The position numbers and the translations under genes were made by a program. A DNA stretch of 57,402 nucleotides, taken from contig JALDZS010000063.1 in the NCBI GenBank assembly GCA_022813965.1, forward strand, positions 62,001-119,402, read 5' to 3'. Below the pieces are notes generated by a model. That model made no database searches, was not told the origin of the DNA, and saw only the letters and a program-made list of their open reading frames with translations. This document shows positions 52,243-57,402 of this stretch, piece by piece. Numbering within the stretch: the stretch's first letter is position 1; the number at the start of each line of letters is the position of its first letter. Source of the DNA: Toensbergia leucococca (taxonomy: Eukaryota).

Positions 52243-53113
52243 GGTGGTGAGTGGAGGGGTGCTCAAGGTAGTCGAGGGTAACGTTGTATTGTCAGTAGTT
52301 ATAACGGCTTGGGCTTTGCTCTGCTTGGTTGGTACTTGGTCGATGATATCAGCAGCTTTTCTCTTCCGAGTTTGAGGAGGCGTGGTGATTAATGAAGTGA
52401 AGCTCCGTGTATGGTCTCGTGGTGACGAGATCCAGACACGAGCTTCGAGTTAATGAAATGCGCGTGTCAAGCACGGCACTAAGTGAAGTTATACCCGGGA
52501 GCAGCAGTCAAAGCTGAACTAATCTCTGGCCGTCTGGTGAAGTGTATACTATCTTAAACTGCACAAGATGAAAGGACTACTTCATTATAAGTCGAGGCTT
52601 GTTCCCAGGCAGATTCGTCATGAGATGGATCATGAGTAACATATGTGACACGGAATATCTACCGATCAGCCCGCTAGTGAGATTACTGTAATCAATTATC
52701 CACAGAACGTCAACTCAACATGAAATGCAACTTCTTCTGGATTCGAGCATCTTTCCAGTATGCCGTCAACCAGAGCATCGTGTCACACTGCGGGATCTTC
52801 TTGGCGAAGAATGTCGAATGTGCGGGTGATATTGCTTCCCCGTGAACAAGGTCGGCTCGCCACTAACGAGCATGATCAACCATGTTTTTCCTCAAGGCAT
52901 ATGTCTTAAAAGGCAGGTCTCGTTTTTAATGATATAAAATTCATGAGCTTCAAGCAGCTGCATCATGTAGGTAGGTACAGACGCATAGCTGCAGTCGGAG
53001 TGCAATTACCTCAGCGTGACGACGGTGACGTAGCCGAATCAGGTTAAACTGTCAAGTCATTCATCATTCAAGTTGAATATTGGACTTCTTTAAACATTTG
53101 GCTCAGCATATAA

Positions 53114-54789
53114 ATGCTAGCTAGATCTTCAATTCGGTTCGTTATTTCATCAGCAACACTGTCTAGAGTCAAACGTGTCAATCATATCCACAATAATTTC
53201 CTTAAAACTACACCTACAAGAATGTCTTCCTCCTCTGGGGCTGGTGAAAAAGGTTCTTTCAAACCCATTCAGGATGCTCAAGCTCAGAGTCTCCCTGGGT
53301 CAGTTTACAATCCCAATACCTGCGAGATCGAAGCTGAAAATGGCAATTAAAGCACTGAGGCCGCAATGAATCCTTCAAGTGAGGCAACAAAGCTTGAAGG
53401 AAAGGGGGGCTTTCGAGAATATACAGGAGTAGGAAAGCTGAGGAACAAGAAGGCTCTGATTACTGGTGGGGAGTAAGTGCCACTAGGTATTCTATTTCGA
53501 TGCCGAAGACTTTTCCATCTTGCTTGTACCTCCTTCCTTTAACACACAATGAAGAGATTCTAGAAGCTTGAGGGAATTGTTTTCCCCCTCAAAATTACAG
53601 CTCTCTATTGAATTCTTTTTTCAAGGCTCTCACCACCAGGCACTATAGCCAATACTCCGATGATGCTCTTGGTGGTGTCTGTACTGATTTCTAGCTCACC
53701 TGCAGTACAGTATAAACAAAGACAGATCGTCGCTAATTCTACATCTCAAATATACTGATACAATTTCTTTCCCAGCTCCGGCATCGGCCGTTCAATTGCT
53801 ATACTCTACGCCCGCGAGGGCGCCGACTCCACCATTGTCTACCTCCCAGACGAACAAGAAGACGCTGAAGAAACCCAAAAACAAGTCGAGCAAGAAGGCC
53901 GTTCCTGTCTCCTCGTCCCAGGGAACTTAATGGACAAAGAAACCTGCAAAGACGCTGTTCAAGCCCACATCAGCAAGTAAGTACACTCCGGAAAAGAAGC
54001 AACCACCCAGAAGCTTGCTCAACAAGAATTTCAATAAATAGGTTCGGCGAAATCCACATCCTCGTCAACAACGCCTCCAAGCAAGCCATGTGCATGAATT
54101 TTGAGGAAATCGACCTCGACATGGTCGAAAGCATGTTCCGCAGCAACGTCCTCGCCATGTTCGCGATCACCAAGTTCGCCCTCCCTCATATCAAAAAAGG
54201 CGGTTCGTAAGTTGCCTCCAAACCACATTCCCCTTTCCAAACAAGAAAAAACCGCCTCCCTTAACCACACACACGTCCAGCATCATCAACACCACCTCCG
54301 TCGTCGCCTTCCGCGGCACGGGCGGAATGATCGACTACGCCGCAACCAAAGGTGCCATCGTCGGCTTCACCCGTGCCTTAGCAAAGCAACTCCTCCCAAA
54401 AGGTATCCGCGTCAACGCAGTAGCGTAAGTCTCTCCCCACCCCCAGAAACCCCCCAAGCAAAACATATCAAACCTGATACATATTCTTTCAAAGTCCCGG
54501 TCCGGTCTTCACGCCCCTTCAGGTGGCATCGCGGCCAGCAGAGCAAATGGAAGGCTTTGGCGAAAAGTCCCAACTGGGGCGTCCGGGCCAGCCGAGCGAG
54601 ATTGCGCCAACCTATGTGTTTTTAGCCAGCGGGGAGGCGGAGCTTTACTGTGAGTTTTGTTTTTTGTTTCGTTTTTTTCCGTGCTAAGGGCTCTCCTGAC
54701 TTCCTTGCAACTGGATTGGCTGTTACTGATATTCTTTCATTCCTCCACTAGATGGACAGATCTTGCACCCTTATCCCATGGGTGACTAA
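53114..54789 (+). CDS. Classical short-chain dehydrogenase/reductase (YghA/YdaD-like)
   Basis: KALITGGDSGIGRSIA (split by intron), ILVNNA, DYAATKGAIVGFTRALAKQL..GIRVNAVAPGP, LGRPGQPSEIAP. Starts at 53114 or 53222. Confidence 0.92.
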
Positions 54790-55243
54790 GCTTCGCAGAC
54801 CTTTCGGTCTCGAGCAAGTCTTGGCTGTTGTGGATTTCTCTCCGGGGTACATGACTGTTGGTATTTGAGACTAAGGGGCCATTTTGGTTGAAGGCTGAGA
54901 GTTGTAGACTGCTTCTTGTGGTTAGGGCGGCCGGTGGTGGCACAGCACCCCTGAATGAGCCCTACGAAAATTGAAATAATATTCGCGAACCTAGCAGATT
55001 GCAACCGCATCTCATTTGAGAACGCTGTGGAAGTAGCAAGCACCGCAGCATAGCTAGCCCACTTGTAATGCAAAATCAACCATGTTCTACACAGATACCG
55101 CCATCATCTAGACCACGCAAAACCACCACTCCTCCTCCTTCTCCACACCCTCTCTCAGCCAACATTCCACAAACGCAAGTCCCAAGCCCCTCTTTCTTAG
55201 ACTTGAAAAGAATCTTCAAGCAAAACCTTTCCCCAGGGCCATT

Positions 55244-56404
55244 TTACGCATTGTCTCCATACACCCTCCTCATCTCATCTTCGACCTGCTGTTCGAAAGA
55301 AGACGTCCGGAAACGAGATATGGTTCCCCTCCCGAAGCCGCCGCTCCCAAAACCCCTGCTCCGACCAGAGCCGCGGTTTCCGGATCCCCGACCTGCAAAG
55401 CTCTCATCGCCAAAGCCCCGGTTTTCAGATCCCCTACCTTCAAGATTCCGATTTCCAGGCCCTCTACCTTCAAAGCCTCCATCCCTATCTCCAGAGCCCC
55501 GATTTCCGGATCTCCTACCCGTGAAGCCTTGAGTACTAGATCCTCTACCTCTAAAGCCTCCATCTCCATCGTCAAAGCCCCTGTTTTCACGGCCCCTACC
55601 CAACATTGACGTGTTTGGAGCTGGAATCATAATCAGCTATTCATTCAACCGACAAAATTCCTCTAGCTTTCTTTGGTCAAGCAATTCCTTACCTTCTGGT
55701 GCCGTGGCAGCTGCGCCGAACGATTGTCCCCCAGAAGCAGAATCCTGTACCTGTTCTGCGCCTATGACATTTGTTTTCCAGGGAGCACGGGACCGGTTCA
55801 TTCCCGCTACCCGAGACGTTGCTTCTCTAGGAGCGGAACCCTGCATGGCTCCCGGGCCTATAACGTTTGTTTGCGAAGAGGCACTAGGCGTATTCCTCCC
55901 CTCTGATCCCATTACCCATATTGTTGACTCATCTCCAGGATTGTCGGCTACAGCAGCAGAGCCAACGGTTTCCAACGCTTGCGGCGACCGATGTTGTACA
56001 TTTCTCTTACCCGTCGTGCCCGCTTCGAGCAACTTGACCACGTCCGTCATGAATTGAGCTGTATCCTTCAACGCCCGGTCGTTGAGTCGGAGCATACCAT
56101 CAAGGACCTTCTGAAGCTTTTGCACGGCGTCTTTGCCTTTCTGGAATATTACTCTTTCCTCTGCATTGATTCTGGTAGAGCTGATAAGTATCTGCAGAGC
56201 ATCGACAACCTCGGTTTGAGATGTTATAGAGGCGCGGAAGGCGGATTTTTTGTAGTTGTATTCTTGACATGATCTGACTATATCGGATTGGAAGGCTTGC
56301 AGGTGATGGCGCAATGCGTCAGGATCCAAGTTAGACATTTTGGCTACGGCGCTTGTGCCGATGCTGATCTGCGTTGAGATGAAAGGTAAGAGAGACTTGG
56401 ACAA
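55244..56404 (-). CDS. Orphan protein: N-terminal coiled coil and C-terminal Gly/Arg/Phe-rich repeats
   Basis: ORFs 55637-56404 and 55244-55630 are joined by a 72-nt intron at 55621-55692 (gtaagg...gctgatt..ccag). The ATG start is probably MSNLDP (~56338). Confidence 0.65.
55320..55600 (-). repeat. Degenerate 15/30-nt coding repeats (GRGSxNRGFG-like units)
   Basis: Recurring aagcccc/aagcctc/cccctacc units on the + strand; protein GRGRENRGFD..GRGPGNRNLEGRGSENRGFG..GRGSGNRGSG. Confidence 0.7.
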
Positions 56405-56519
56405 GTTGAGAGAAGTAGAAATCTGAGGGAGAGCTTTGTTTATTATTGTATCTTCTTCGTTTGCTAATGTCCCTGTGTTAGGGTCTTGTGATCTTGACTG
56501 ACTTGACCTCTAACAATGT

Positions 56520-57402
56520 GCATCTGGAAATATTTGTCTCTACACAACACCACAATCAGTGTGTAGTGTCCTAATGCATACGCTGTTCATATCAACACAA
56601 CTGAGGATAAGGGCGAGAGCACCATGCTGGACTGTCAAGGCCGATTCACGTTAAAGTCTCGGATAACTTACGTGCTGGGACGGCTCTTAGACATTCTTTG
56701 TACTATCTGGGCAGGGTCTCATACACAAGCTTGATATCGTATCTTCATGGTCTGAGGCCCACAGCCCCTAGCATGAAGAAGAGGTTCTGCAGGCAGACTA
56801 TTTAGCTGTACAAACATTAATACTACCACAGATCTGGTTACTGATGAAAGCATGAAACGAAAATAGACCCACTGTTTAGAATACAGGCACAGTTGACTAC
56901 ACTTCTGATCCCTGTACGAAGCTTACTCGAACATGGCATCTGTCAGTCCTTGCTTCGAATGTAGATCTGCCCAGAGTTGAGGATGACACAGCGTGGCATT
57001 GTATATAGGCCCAGATAGCATAGCTAAAACGTTCATCGCTGGCAAGCAATATTCTCAAAATGGCGAAAACGGGAGGCTGAGTAAATGCTGGTGGATACTG
57101 AGTGCATGTGGATCGTACCTGTAACAGAGGAAGATAGGATGATTCAAAATAGTCATCGCCATGTGAGGGAAAATAAGCGACCAGCATTGTCGGGATGAAA
57201 GGTTTCCAAATTCTTTGCAAACTGATAAAGTAAAACCAATAGGGTATCAAAGAAATCCGCCCTTCCTCCTATATAGACTAACCTTCGGTATACTGAGATA
57301 CGCTACCGATGAAAATCTGTCGTCCGTCCAGGATGACATGGCTGCAACTGCAGCTCTTGCGCCTCAACTACCAGAATTTCAAAACACCAAATACATCGCG
57401 AA
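56520..57402 (-). pseudogene. Possible decayed leucine-rich/F-box-like gene fragment
   Basis: Protein-like fragments (DFFDTLLVLLYQFAKNLETFH; ESALTVQHGALALILSC..IRTL) separated by stops and frameshifts. May continue beyond the window. Confidence 0.25.

Noticed and set aside
55621..55692. In-frame TAG between two collinear ORFs, suggesting readthrough or A-to-I stop editing
   Set aside because: The TAG lies inside a canonical 72-nt intron (gtaagg / gctgatt / ccag).
1..57402. tRNA, rRNA, CRISPR arrays, transposase/RT ORFs, secondary-metabolite cluster
   Set aside because: No cloverleaf, regular repeat-spacer pattern, or transposase, RT, PKS or NRPS motif was seen by eye.

Overview
Gene-dense, intron-containing DNA from a filamentous ascomycete (Pezizomycotina). 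The assignment is inferred from short GT-AG introns with CTRAC branch sites, a DIM-2-type methyltransferase and FIG1. About 24 protein-coding genes can be modelled by hand: EMG1 (3' end), a VOC/glyoxalase-domain protein, VAC14, two F-box-like proteins, DIM-2, CMR1, MTF2-like, COQ9, a GBP2/HRB1-like SR-RRM protein, RAD54, a divergent SLC25 carrier, MAM33, TMA16, EXO1, FIG1, a HAD/RGG protein, a PSH1/Topors-like RING protein, SLD2, PRI1, an Ariadne/HEL1 RBR ligase, an SDR and a Gly/Arg-repeat orphan. There are also two AT-rich, decayed-looking islands. No tRNA, rRNA, CRISPR array or intact transposon was recognised. The most interesting signals are: (1) a ~245-nt strongly self-complementary element between two convergent genes (candidate structured ncRNA or structured UTR intron); (2) a stop-free, AUG-less N-terminal extension of the Ariadne ligase that begins at an ACG in good context and encodes an NLS-like MPPQTRKRK; (3) apparent dual-start/dual-targeting designs in the SDR and MAM33; (4) a concentration of genome-maintenance genes with MCB-like elements; (5) an inverted pheromone-response-element pair upstream of FIG1. 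Exon boundaries were read by eye and are unverified.
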